This document shows, in pieces, positions 12,384-24,684 of a stretch of DNA of 64,000 bases. The notes under the pieces were generated by a model. The model had not been told where the DNA came from and did not search any database. It saw nothing but the letters and a program-made list of their open reading frames with translations. This DNA is from Euglena gracilis. Its lineage: Eukaryota. Within the stretch, counting starts at the first letter, position 1, and each line of letters starts with the position of its first letter. Location of the stretch: the NCBI GenBank assembly GCA_039621445.1, contig CP154954.1:18586642-18650641 (forward strand). Reading direction: 5' to 3'. The position numbers and the translations under genes are program-made.

Positions 12384-13768
12384 GACGGCAGAGCGGTGCG
12401 GCAAGAGTTACCCCCCAAACAGGAGCGTGCAGGGAAAAAACCCGGGGAGTCCAGCCAGCCGGCTGGGAAAAGGTGCTGCCTGGAAGGGGAAAAAGTGAAA
12501 GCTAGCTGGACCTCTCCCCCAGGGGTCGGCTCCCCTCTGGCTTAAGAAACCCCCTGCCCCCAAAACCCAAGACTTTTGACAGGCGAGGTGGGACGTTCGC
12601 AACACGACCTCGCATCACAAGGTCCTTGTGTTTGCAAAAGTCATGCAAAAGTCGTGCAAAAGTATTTGCAAATTTTTTTTCTGCACGCTAGTTATGCAAA
12701 GTTGAACGTCCCCATTTTTGCGTTTCTTTGGAAGTCATTTCCGCTGGAAGACGTAGAAGACGCAAACAGAGATGCCTGCAGCTTGGGGCTTTGGTGTAAT
12801 TTCCTTCCGAAAACAAGGAAGCAAGGCCCAGGAGGAGGAGGAAACATTTTGCCAAATCATTTCCAACAGAAAATTAGAATATCCAGAATGAATTTCCAAT
12901 TATCAAGAATAAACCTGAAAAAAAAAATTGCAGCCTGCCCCCCCCCACCGACCCCACAACCTCTGACCGGGGGGGGGGGGTGTTCACGCACCCCCTGACC
13001 TGCAACCCCCGACCAGGGGCTGGTTGTACGACCAGGTGCCAAAAACCCCTATTTTTGCTACGTCAGCTACAATCCCCCAACCACGGGGGTGGGGGGGGGG
13101 GGGGCGTACGGACCCCCATGGGCAAGGGTAGGGGGTTGCAACAGTGTTCAAAAGATCCATTCCTTTCCATGGTTCTCCCAGGCTGCATGCCACAAAATGC
13201 TTTGTTAAAAAAAAAGTTGTGACCCTAAATTTTCATCAAATCAAAGGCCAAATTTTTTGAGAGGTTAGACGGTCCATTCCTCTGCAACAAACCAATCCAG
13301 TGTTCCAAGCAAAGAAACCATTTGAGCAGGGGGGAATGTGTCAGCCTGGCCTTGCGAAAAAATGCACAAAAATGTGCAAATATGCCAAAAAAATAAGCCA
13401 AATGTACAAAGTCTGGGAGAAAGTGCAGATTCAAAAAAATGCAAAAATTACCCAAAACACACGCAAAAAATGGCAGCAAATGTATAACAATCATATGGAA
13501 TTCTGATGAAAGTTTCAGTTTTCGAAAAAAAAGCAAAAAATTGTGCAAACCCGAAAATGCGCCAATGGAAGCGCCAGCAGGAATGAGCTACAATGATGGG
13601 GCTGAAACAAAACCACCGAAAAAAATGCGCCAGGAGCAAGAAAATGAGCTGAAACAAAAAAACTACAAAAATGCGCGAAAAAATGCGAATAAAAAATGCA
13701 ATGAGAAAAAAAATGCGAAACAACTTCCCTCCCCTTTATTGAGCTGAAATGTGAACACCAGCCTGACT

Positions 13769-13879
13769 GAGGCACCCTTCGCAAATAATGGTTCATACTC
13801 TCGTTGAACCGGTGATGGCTGGTGATTTGGGTTGTAGCGGCGTTCTCCAGCAGGTTCCTTTCTTGGCCAACAGGGGTTG
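13769..13879 (-). CDS. CLPTM1: Probable CLPTM1-family exon ...QREYEPLFAKGA(S)
   Basis: Ends at the nonconventional donor TC|AGTCAGG and gives PLFAKGASLDVQLFL, resembling the family's LFxKGxxLD segment. The 5' boundary (TTTCAG acceptor) is less certain. Confidence 0.6.
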
Positions 13880-15681
13880 CTGAAAGCAAGAAAACAACTT
13901 TACACATTTTCACTTCCGACGCTGTGCACAAGAGATGGCAAAAAAAAATTTTCTCTGTAAATTTGGGGATGGTAATTCCTAATTTGGTGTCAAATTCCTA
14001 ATTTTAGGTGTGGGGATTCCTAGTTTTTTTGATTTTTCCCCAAAAATTCGTGCTCGGTGATTCCTAATTGGCCGCCTAAAATGTGGTGTTCCCCCCGTGA
14101 CCCCCCCGTGACCCCCCCCCCCCCGGTGACCCGAACCACCCCCAGAGGCATCATGGATAATGGGTATACATTTTCTAAATTATATATTTTTTTGGTTCCC
14201 AATGATACCAGCCTTGTATCTGAATGTGTGTGAATTAAAAGGACAAGAGGAAAATCAGTTCTTTTCACAATTTGAAATTTAAGGTTCAATTATTTCATTG
14301 AATATTTTCATTTTGAATTTAAAATTTCTAAATTCAAATGACATGGAATGCAAAAAAATCTTGCATTTTTCATTTCTCAAAAATTTGATATTGCAAATTA
14401 ATCATGTCACGTGTGCCTGAAAAGGGACCTGCCTTCTGATCTCACGATCCGCAACACATTGCACCACAAACAAGAGAGTCAGAAGTTGACAGATACATCC
14501 ATTAATTACTGTCATCAACTGCAAGTAAAAAAGATTGTTGCCCGTTGGCTGAGTTTGGTCGTCAAAAATTCAAAAATGGGTTGGGTTATGGTGAATGATG
14601 AAAGCAAAAATTTGCAAATAGTGAGTGCCCAATTGTTTGTACCATCGATATTCACAGGAGTCTATTGTTTTCTTGGGGGAGGCAAAAATATCATTTCCAA
14701 AAGAAAACCATTCCAACATCCGAACAGCCCCTGCCAATCGGCCATTTATCCTTTTTTGAAGACGAGGGATGGGGATGTCCACCAGAAATGTTGACAAAAA
14801 AAACTCACTCTTTTTTAAGGATAGGCATTCTTCGGTGGATAGAGTTGGCATTTTTTCCCCGTCATTGAAGCCTGGAACTTAGAGTTGAACAATTTGTGCA
14901 GTTTGCACAGAGTCTGCACAGAAAAGCCTGGGGTCTTTTTGTGATTTTCTTTGATTTCCCATCATTTCGAGAAATAATAATAAAATACTTTTGAAAAAAA
15001 ATTGACCCTGAAATGACCGAAAAGCGGCAAAGCAAAAGAGGTGTGTTGGGACAGTATGAATTTGACTATGGCCATAAAATGGCCACAGTAGCCACGAACG
15101 ATGGGCGACCGCGGTGCCGTGGTCGTCCAGGACCCCCGAAAACCTTGGCCCAAAACACTGTTCTTGATCTGAAACCAAGGAATTTCCTAAGCCGGACCCC
15201 CCCCCCTGGGGGTCCAGCCAGAAAGCCCCTTTTTTTCCCACAGCCCCGCCCAGCGCGGCCTAAACCCCCCCCCCCCCGGTAATAAAGTTTTTGCAGCCCG
15301 GCAAAGCCAGGCTGGAACAAAAAAATCGGTGAAATTTTTGAAAAAGGGGGTCAAAAATGGCCAAGAATCCCTGTTCTTTTTATTTGGGGGGGGTTCACCT
15401 CAAAAAATTTAAATAAAAATAAAATAAAAATGCATCCCAGATTTGGGCCTGTTTCGGGTCAAAAAAAGGTGTTGGCTGGACCCTCCTCCAGGTCCAGGGA
15501 GGTCGTTCGAACCTGGCTGCTGGGCTGGACCTGGCTTTTTCCAGCCAGCCGGCCGGGAGAGTGGCGATGTGCTCTTTCTTTGGCTGGGGGAGCCTTGGAG
15601 ATATTCGTCCCATAGGGCTGCAAGGTCACCTAAAACCCCCCCCAAAAATAAACCCCCCCAAATACAACCCCCCCCCGATTG

Positions 15682-16786
15682 TGGAATCGTGTATGGAGGC
15701 TCTGGGTTCACATCCGAACCGGTGTCTTGGACACCGGTTCGGGCGGGAAACCGGTGACTTGGACTGAAGAAACAGGACAGAAATGCAAAAGGCCATCATT
15801 TGGAATTCGGTGCAAAGAGGTGCGAAACGACCAATAAGGCAAACCGGACAGTACCACAGCCGCAGCGCTAAAACGAAGGCAACTGTTTTGCCTGAGGGAT
15901 CAGACACGGCTAGTTATTTACCATCAGGGCACAGCCAGGACCCGTAACGGGGGGGATGACCAACCCTGCACAGGCGCAATGCGACGGCAAGTGGCAGACA
16001 TCGCAAACGACTTTACGCTTGCCGCCACAGAGGCCCATGGCACCCCCACAGTTTGGACAGTGGTCCGCATCCCCCAACTCCATCTTCGCTTTCATCTCCT
16101 TCGGAAGAGAAGCAGCATTGAAAAAAACACAAAGTTGTGGATAATGTGACTGCACCGAAGGCACAAACGAGCCAACATGGGAGGGCGCTTCCCTGTACAA
16201 CGCAGCCAAAGTGTTGACCATCGTGGTCAGCGTGGAAGGGAACCAGGACTGATCCTGCACCTTGGCATTAAAATAAACTTCTTCGCGTTGGGCGGTGGCT
16301 GCCTGTTGCTTCTCGTAACCGTGATCAAAGGACACGTGACATTTACCGTCCAAAGAGCAAATGCCAAGAGCCAATCGTCAAATGTTGCCCCACGCAGCTC
16401 GCAAACCTTTTGGAAATGCCGGGCAGCTGCCAGCACCACCATTTTGCCTTTCGCAAGACCACCATGGGGGCAACTGTTGTCAAATGTTTCCCCAAACAAA
16501 AGTGAGTGGGCTGCTAGAGGTGCGGCGGCGGCCTCAAGACTAGCCAAAGATTCTGCTGGGGTGGGGGGCAGCGCACTGGTGCACACGGTAGTAACCTGGC
16601 CGGTGTCATTAAGAAAAAACCTGCCAAGGAAGCAATACGTGACCGTGCGTCCCTAGACACCGGTTCGGAAGCCTCCGATACACGGTTTCAAGAACTGTGT
16701 CCAAGACACCAGTTCGGGCGTGAAATCAGTGACTAGGACACCGGGTTCACGCCCGACTGGTGTCCTTGGACACAGTTCTCGATATA
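15682..16786. mobile_element. TIR plus terminal-hairpin element carrying a PHD-like gene
   Basis: Degenerate TIRs (ggaatcgtgtatggaggc / gcctccgatacacggtttcaa), then a hairpin at about 16692-16778 and a CTCGATATA end. Same end structure as 29449-30403 and 32274-33225. Copy at about 51655-52757. Confidence 0.65.
15910..16586 (-). pseudogene. Frameshifted gene with a C-terminal PHD-like zinc finger
   Basis: CPNC..CDVC..HCAC in ORF 15910-16374; a shifted frame supplies WLCPD. An upstream part lies in overlapping ORF 16227-16586. Confidence 0.55.
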
Positions 16787-18154
16787 AATGGGTCTGACCA
16801 AATACAAACGCCTCCCCAAAATACGTGTCAGCTTCAGCTCCATCACCTCCTGACTCCTCGGATTCATCGCCTCCTGACTCCTCGGAAGTTCGTGATTCAG
16901 TGGCCTCGGCACTCGAACCGACCGAAATCGAGACACCAAGGGAGTCTTCGGAGAGATACTTTTTATTGGAAGCAAAACCAAGATACGCTCGCGATCGTCG
17001 GATCGGCCAGAATCTGAGTCGAAAATTGTGGTGATTTTTGGTGCTGCTTGGTTTAAGACACTTAATGAACCATAGAAAAACGATTTTTCTCTTCGAATCA
17101 ACGACCAGGGTCCAGGAGGGCACAAGAACTGTGAAATTAGGACTTCCCTGGGACAAGAAATGGGAGTACTGTGTGGTGCGGCTGAATTTGGTGGTGATCA
17201 CGAATCGTCTGATGAAAAGAGCTTTCGATTGAGGGGCAAGTTTGTACTGAACGATTGACACAGCCGGCGTCTGTCAAGGAATGGGCACAAGTCGATTGGG
17301 CGGTCGGGTCGACTAGTCGGCCCAACCAGTCGAATCGACTCGCTCCATTTGGGCACGGGTGGTCGAGTCGACTTTGGGCGGATGAGCCGACCAAGCCGAT
17401 CCGACCGCCCAACACAGTCCTTGCCCGCCCATGCGTGTTTTTAGCCCCCCCCCAAGAAAAAAATCCACCGATTGAAGTTTTCACATATTTGCTTCCATGG
17501 GCTGACCCAGCAAAGGAAGGGGCAACAGACAAGACTAGAAAGCCTTGGGAGAGGAGGTTTTCTTTACCAAGCACCCCTTGGCTCCATCGTGGCAGGGACG
17601 AATTGTACGCCGCCCGGGGGGGGGGGGGCAGAGTCAAGAATGCCGCTGAAAAGTTGGTGGATTCAACCACCAACCCGTATTGAAAAACAAGCGCAACCTT
17701 CCCAAGGGTTCATTTTTTCAACACAGACATAACTCCCTCCAATTGCAAACACCCCGGGGGCCTTGAAATGCTGCCTGAATATAAACATGGGGGGTTAAAC
17801 TTGACAGCATACGGACAAATGGTTCATCCGGCGGGGGGATACCATGTGGTTCCACCTGGGCCCCACTTTCGGGGAAAGTCGTGATCCTTCAGATAGGATC
17901 AGGGTCATGGCCGGACTGCTGTGGACTCTCTTTTTTTTTGGATTCCGGAAGAAGTTAATTTCCGGAAGGATTCCGGAAGAAGTTTTTGGGGATTTTTTCC
18001 CTTAAAAATTATCCCTGTTTGACACATGGCCTTGCCCATCGATTGAAAGCTCTCCTCAAGGGCTTTCGGCAGATGGCCACAGAAATGCACACTGCGCTCA
18101 TTTTCGGCGTGACATATTAATTTGAGAAAGCCCACCCTTCAGGCACCATACAGC

Positions 18155-19581
18155 CAGGGCTGGATACAGGTAGAGGTACAGGTTGCCAACACAAAAAACA
18201 TACCCCCCCTGACAGCACAAAAAAACATACCCCCCCCCCTTTTTTTTCAGTTTTTGTGGCAGCCATAACTTCGGCTGTGCACCATGTTGAGGTCTCGGAC
18301 ATACTCCATATTGTTGCCTGTGAAATACCCATCCAAAAATGTCTCTGTGCATTTTCCTCGATTCCCCCTCCACCCCGAGTTATGGGCCCCTCAAAAGTGC
18401 TCCGCACACGACAAGCGAAAATTTTTGAAAAACATGGATTTTGGGCCGGGTTGGAATAATAAACAGCTCACCACTCGGGAACCCTAAGGAGTTGGGCTCT
18501 GGAACTTGGTGGGTCGGATTGGCCATGAAATAGGCTTCAAAAAATATCTACATCAAAATTTGCCATCTCGACACCCAGAAAAAGTTATTTTATGGTTTTT
18601 AGGCCAGCTCAAAAAAAATTTAGCCCTTTTTGTGTGGGAAAACCTAAAAAATGTGTGTTTTTTTTTCCCACACAAAAAGGGCTAAATTTTTTGGAGCTGG
18701 CCAAAAAATAAAAAACTTTTCTGGGTGTCATATGGCAAATGATGATTTTTTGCCTTTTTCCTAAATCCGCCATTTTTTTTTTCAGCGTTCTGAGCACTGT
18801 TTATTTCCAAACCCGGCCAATCATCCAATCGAATTTTTTTCCGTTGTTGAGACCCATAAATGGGTGAAATCAGAAAAAAACATGAAAAAACAAAAAAGAG
18901 GGGATCAGGGAAAGGGCTGTGAAATGTTTTTTGTGTCAGAGGTATGTTTTTTTGTTTGGCAACCTATAGGAGTCCGACCACCATGACCCAACTCTTACCC
19001 ATATGTTTATACCAAGGCCCAAAATCCATGTCAAATTTTGCTTGTCTTTACACTTTTAGGGGCCCAAAAGGAATGAGAAAATGCACAGAGACATGGTGGT
19101 TTCAATTGCCAAGAGTATGTCACAAAATGGTCATGATTTTCCAAAAATGAAAAAAAATATTTTTGTGCTTTCATATGTTTTTTTGTGTGGCAGTAGAGGT
19201 CAAAGTCCTCTACCTCTATCTGACCCACTCTACCTCTTCTACCTCTACCATAAAATGTTATAACTGGCCCATAAGGGCCACAAAAGGCTCCATATGCCTA
19301 AAATTTGTCTAATTAGCATCTCAACACATTTTATTTAGATTAGGAATGAGAAAAAAAATCAGGATGGGTTTTTCAAATTGCCATAAGAGTTTGTCACAAG
19401 AATGGTCAATTTCTGATTTTTCCATAAAATTGCCTTCGTTCGACATATATTTCTTTGATAAGCCACTTTCCTTAAGGTTTGACATTGAGGTGACATAGAG
19501 GGATAGCAGAGGTAGAGGTGACCTCAACCTCTACCTCTACCTCTACCTCTACCTATATCCCTCTCCCTCTATCCAGCCCTG
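18155..19581. mobile_element. Element with CAGGGCTGGATA TIRs and a 7-bp flanking duplication; contains a fold-back region
   Basis: CAGGGCTGGATA / TATCCAGCCCTG; flanks atacagc / atacaga; (CTACCT)n near the ends. Confidence 0.75.
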
Positions 19582-22500
19582 ATACAGAATATCAATTAAA
19601 ACCTATTTCCTGGGCCCGACACCTGTCTTGAATTTCTACAGACACTAACGGATTTCAGGCGGAATCCGTTAGCGTAAAACAATTTCCAAGACAGGCGATC
19701 GTTAGTGTAAAACGATTTCCAACACAGGGATCCGTTGGTGTAAAATGATTTCCAAGACAGGCGATCGCTTTCATAAACAAAAAGGTCCTAAAAAGGCAAG
19801 ATGTGAGGAGCAAACAAAACACAGCTGAGGCAGCGGTGCTGTTGATCACGGTGGACGACGAAACGAAAGGGGGGACCCCGCATCGGTGCATATTTTTCAT
19901 AGAGCTCACGACAAACGACAGATTTTTTTTGCCCATCAACTTGGCTCAACAACAGGGATTTTTGTGGTCCTCCTCTGTTCCTCCTCTGTCAAAATCCCAG
20001 GTGCTATTTGTTGAGCAGTTTCCATGGCACGCACCCCTCTTTCACGTTTGAGCACTGCAGCAAATTCATTCAGCAACGGAAACGGTTCGCCCGCTTAGCC
20101 ATTAAGAACAAAAACTGAGGACAAGAAGAACATGTCACCATCGTCAAAGAGCAAACGATTTCCAAGACAGGGATTCGTTAGAAAACGGCCAAAACTCAAG
20201 CCAGGTGCATCGGTCGAATGAATTTTCAAGACAGGCGTGCGGGCCCAGACGAAAAATAGGTTTTAGTAAATCAACAGACACTACCCATTTCAGCAGGTGC
20301 GCCGAGACGCTCGCATCGCTCGCACGGCCCCGCGCCCCAGAAAAAATTTTTAGCGTCTGTTGATTTACATAGAAAGCTCTTTCCAAGACCTTTCAAATGA
20401 TGCCCACAGAGCTCAACCACACTTCGCAGGGCTCTGAAAATCGCCAATCGCATGTTCCGCCCTTTTTTTACAAATTCCAAATTCCACTGTTCCCCTGCAA
20501 TGTTACCCATGGATTGAAAGCTCTTCTCAAGGGCAACCGGAAGATGGCCTCGGGTTTCAGCCACACTGTATGGTGTTCTTATTTTCTAAATTCCCCCAAA
20601 ATCGCCAAAAGGATTTATTGCACAAAAATACTCCAAATACAGGTCAATACCCCCCCAAAAAACTACTCAGATAAGGTTGCCACATCTCAGCAAACCATTT
20701 GGACACTTTTTGGCACTTTTCATTTTGGCCGACTAAGTTCATTACGGTGCACCAGGGCTGGAGGTACAGGTTTGGAAAAACACCCATACGTATAAGTCCA
20801 CCACGTATACCTATACCTAACCTCCATTATTTTCCCTCAAAACCCTTTCATTACCAAACATATAAGAGATATAGGAGACATAGCTGGCATGTCCTCCTGG
20901 CAGCGGTGATGACCCCCAAGTCCCCAGAGTCATCGCATGATGGATGGTCAAACCTCAGAGAAGTCTGAGCTGCCCCCCGGAGGATTGTTCCCGGTTGGGT
21001 GGGGTGTGGGCTGGGCCGGGGTCGGCATTGGTTTCGCTTTTAGCGTACACGAAATCGCACAGCACAACAGGTGCGCACTGGTCGGCCACTCTGGAATCCA
21101 AAAGAATTTGACCCAAAACCGTGAAAAAAAGGCCAAAAAATTTTCCGGTGCCTTTGGCGCCGGGTCACTTTTGTGGTTTTTGGCCGACCCTCCCCGGGGG
21201 GGGGAGGGGTCCGGGCCAAAAACCCGTCCGTCACTCTGAAAATACCCTCCCCCCCGGGGGGGGCAGTGACTAAGTGATTATGTGTTCCGGACCCCCCCCC
21301 TCCAGCTTGCAGGGAGGGACCCCCTCCCACCTGAACAATGGCGCGGTCCTGGTGACTGGTTTTCAGGCCGCACAAAGATTCAGGCCGAAAAATTTTGACC
21401 CCAAAATGACCAAAAGCGCCATTTTGGGCACATTTTGGGCAAAAAAATGCCAAAATGAGACTTTTATAAATTTGACTTTGGACACCCCCCCACCCACTTC
21501 ATTGCTTTGCCCATATGAACCCTTCTAAAAACTTCAAGCTGGCTGTTTCACCTGTTCTTAGGTGTTGTTCGTGATAAAAAAATGCAATCCTGGAGTTCAT
21601 TGCGGAGAATGACTGCAATGGAAATAAAGACTTGGATGGCAAAGTCAGGACTAGACTTTGTTCACTACCAGTGATTTTCAACTTACGAGTAGGGGCAGGA
21701 AAAATTGAAGTAGTGGGGATGTGGTTTTTACCCTGAAGTGTGGATAGGACATATGCTTAATTATGGAGTGGAAGCCGCTATCTGGCGTCACTTTTTTGGA
21801 AAAAAAGTCATTTTTCAAAAAAGCCATTGGAGGGGGTGAGGGCAAAAATTGCTTGCCCCTCGCAGCCATTGTTTTTGAGCCACACCCTGCTTGGAGAAAT
21901 GAACCAAAATGGAAAAATGGCGGTTTCCTCATCGGTCGGGGGGGGGGGGCTCCTGGAAGCGTGCGTCCCGGGGGGGAGAAGGGTTTTTGCCCACAAACAT
22001 CGTCCGCCCCCCCTTGATGTTTAAGCGGCGTTATAGAGACCCCCAGGACCGGCGTCCCACCCGTTGGTGAAAGGCCCCTCCCAGACCAAGCTCCATGATC
22101 TGCAATTGCGTTTGGGTCACATGGGTTCATTTCCCGTTTGGGGGGGGGATTGGGGGTGTTGTGTGGGGGGGGGAAACCTCTGGCGGGCTCATGAAAAATG
22201 GTGAGTAAAAAAAAAAAAAAAAAAAAAACAACTCAATCTTTCATGCCGTAGAAAACTGGTAGATCAAAAAAAAAATCATGAGTGTAAAAAAAAAAAATGT
22301 TCCAAAGACGCAGTTGGATGGTAGAATATGCAAAAATGCAAAAAAAACTCTGTCAAAGCGTCGAAGGGAAATTTTACTTTGAGGGGGGGGGACACCCCCC
22401 CCCACACCCCCGTATGCCCTCCTTATATCGAACCCTGACGACCCCCCCCCTTGGCACCTCATTCAAAATCGGCTGATTTTCTGGCCCGGACTTCGGCCAG

Positions 22501-22871
22501 ACCGGAATGACGCGTGCCCCCCCCCCGGGAAAAAATGCAGGGATGGGTGAGATGGTCCGCCCAGTTGGCGGGCCAGCCTGCGGCCGGCGGGCCCGGCCTC
22601 TGGCCGGGCTGGACCCAATTTTATTTTACTCGACCCCCAGGGGGGGGGGGTTGTCCCACCCACAGGTTCATTTAACACTTGTGTGGTGGATTGGTTTTTT
22701 TTTATGGGTGGGTGGGTTAGGACCGCTGGCGTCTTTTTTAAAAAATTTTTTTCAAAAAAGCCATTGAGGGGTATGGGCAAAAAAAATTGCTTCCATTCGC
22801 AGCATTTTTTTGAGCCCCCCCCCCCCTGCTTGGTCAAAAATGGAACCAAAATGGAATGGTTTCTAATAAAA

Positions 22872-24028
22872 AAGGGGGGGGGCGGACGGCGGTTCCGTCC
22901 TTCGGACGGAACCGGCGTCCGGAACACCTGTTTTTGGACAGAACCGGCGTCCGCCCCCCCTTGTTTAAAGCGGCGTTTTAGAGACGCCGGGCTCAGGACC
23001 GAACCGGCGTCCCACCCTTCGGCCAAAGGACACTCCCAGGACCAATCTCCGACCACTGATCTGCAATGTCACACCACTTTGCACTTCACCAAATTCCGGC
23101 GATCGCGAGGGTATTTCTGGCTGTGTCAATCGTCCAGGTACAAAGTCACCCCTCAATCGAAAGATCTTTTCATCAGACAACTGGCGATCACCACCAAATT
23201 CAGCCACGTCGCCTGGAGCTCTTATTTTCTGTCACTGGGAAATCCTAATTTCACAACTCTGGTGCCCCCCAGGACCCCTCAGGTGGTCGATTCGAGGAGA
23301 AAAAACGTTTCTGTAGGGTTTATTCAGCATCTTCAACCAAAAGTCACTGAAGATTGCTACAAGTGTCGACTCAGATTCTGGCCGATCCGACGATCGCGAG
23401 CGTATCTCGGGCTGCGTGCAACGTTAGGGTACCAAGTTACCCCTCGGTCGAAAGTTCTTTTCAACAGACGACCAGCGGTGCTCATCAGATCTTTCCACGC
23501 CGCATGGTAACCCCCCCCCCTCACTTATAACCCGGGGGTTATAGGATCCTGTTTAGTGGTTGGCCCCGAGGGGGGGTTATAAGCGGGGGGGGGTTACAGC
23601 CTTGGCGGTTCTCTTTGCCTTCTCATGGCTTCCGGGGGGGGGGGGGGATACATCCGGGTTTAGTGCTTGGGCCCGGGGGGGGGGGTTATAAGTAGGGGGG
23701 GGGGATAGGGTGGGGGGGGTATAAGTGGGGGGTCGGGTTTGCTCTATTTCCAAATCTGGGCCAATTTTCACCAAATTTGGGCATCCACTCCACTGGTCCC
23801 CAAATGACAAAATTCATTGTCCTAGATGGTTGAAACAATATATCAGGACCTTAGGGCCACTTTTGGGCACTTTTGGTGACATTTTTAGGAATGAAAACCG
23901 GACGCCGGGTTTCGGACAAAACCGGCGTTCCTAACACCGGATTTTAGGACAGAACCAGCGTCCGGAAAACCCGTGGGGGGGGGGACACCAGTTCTGTCCT
24001 GAACCCGGCGTCTCAAACGCCGGTTTAA
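22872..24028. mobile_element. Non-coding element with TTAA-ended TIRs (22965-24028) and an external hairpin (about 22872-22962)
   Basis: TTAAAGCGGCGTTTTAGAGACGCCGGGCTCAGGAC vs GTCCTGAACCCGGCGTCTCAAACGCCGGTTTAA; GACGCCGG subterminal repeats. Related pieces at about 28365-28507 and 35250-35665. Confidence 0.7.
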
Positions 24029-24299
24029 GCAAGAAATTGTGAAAATGGAAAAAATGCCCAATTTTGGCCGTTTTTGTGGAAAGGGACCAAAACTCTTTGG
24101 TTTTTGAGTCATTTCAGTTCATTTCAGGTTCAACCTTGCGATCAAAAGGAAAGTTCGGACCATCGTTTTTTCCTTAGTTATTTGAAATTAATTACATAAC
24201 CTGAATTAACTTACACCAACCTTTATTAAAAGTTTTTTTTACCCGTTATTTTTAATCAAAAAACAAAAAAAAACAAATAAAAATGTTTTTTTTTATAGG

Positions 24300-24396
24300 A
24301 AAAGCGGGGTCCGATCACGATTCCCGGTGGAGAAACGGGGGGCGCCTACGGCGCCCCCCGTTTCTCCACCGGGAATCGTGATCGGACCCCGCTTTT
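24300..24396. repeat. Perfect hairpin, 47-bp arms with 3-nt loop (TAC)
   Basis: 24300-24346 is the exact reverse complement of 24350-24396; identical at 59277-59373. Confidence 0.97.
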
Positions 24397-24510
24397 TTCT
24401 TAAAACCGTTAACCAAGTTCACGGGCTTCCTCGCAGTAGGCAAGCGCTTCCTTACGAGATGCCTAGGGGGTCAAAAATCGCGTTTTTGGCGTTCACGGGT
24501 GAACTTTGGC

Positions 24511-24544
24511 CGTTCACGGGTGCCGTAGTGCGCACCCGTGAACG
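24511..24544 (+). other. Candidate recombination site, 13-8-13 (CGTTCACGGGTGC cgtagtgc GCACCCGTGAACG)
   Basis: Perfect 13-bp inverted arms around an asymmetric 8-bp spacer. Function is inferred. Confidence 0.7.
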
Positions 24545-24684
24545 AAATTTCCGTCCACAGCTGCCGTGCGTGCACCCGTGAACCGACCACGGTTGCGCAA
24601 GGTGTTACCCGTGATCGGAATTTGAATTTTTTGGGTTCTTTACATTTATGTTTCTGTCTGTCCTCTGCTTTTCCCCACAGTCCG

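Noticed and set aside
12736-12776. Candidate terminal exon ISVCVFYVFQRK* on the minus strand
   Set aside because: Lies within the inferred CLPTM1 intron 12384-13768 and no partner exons were found.
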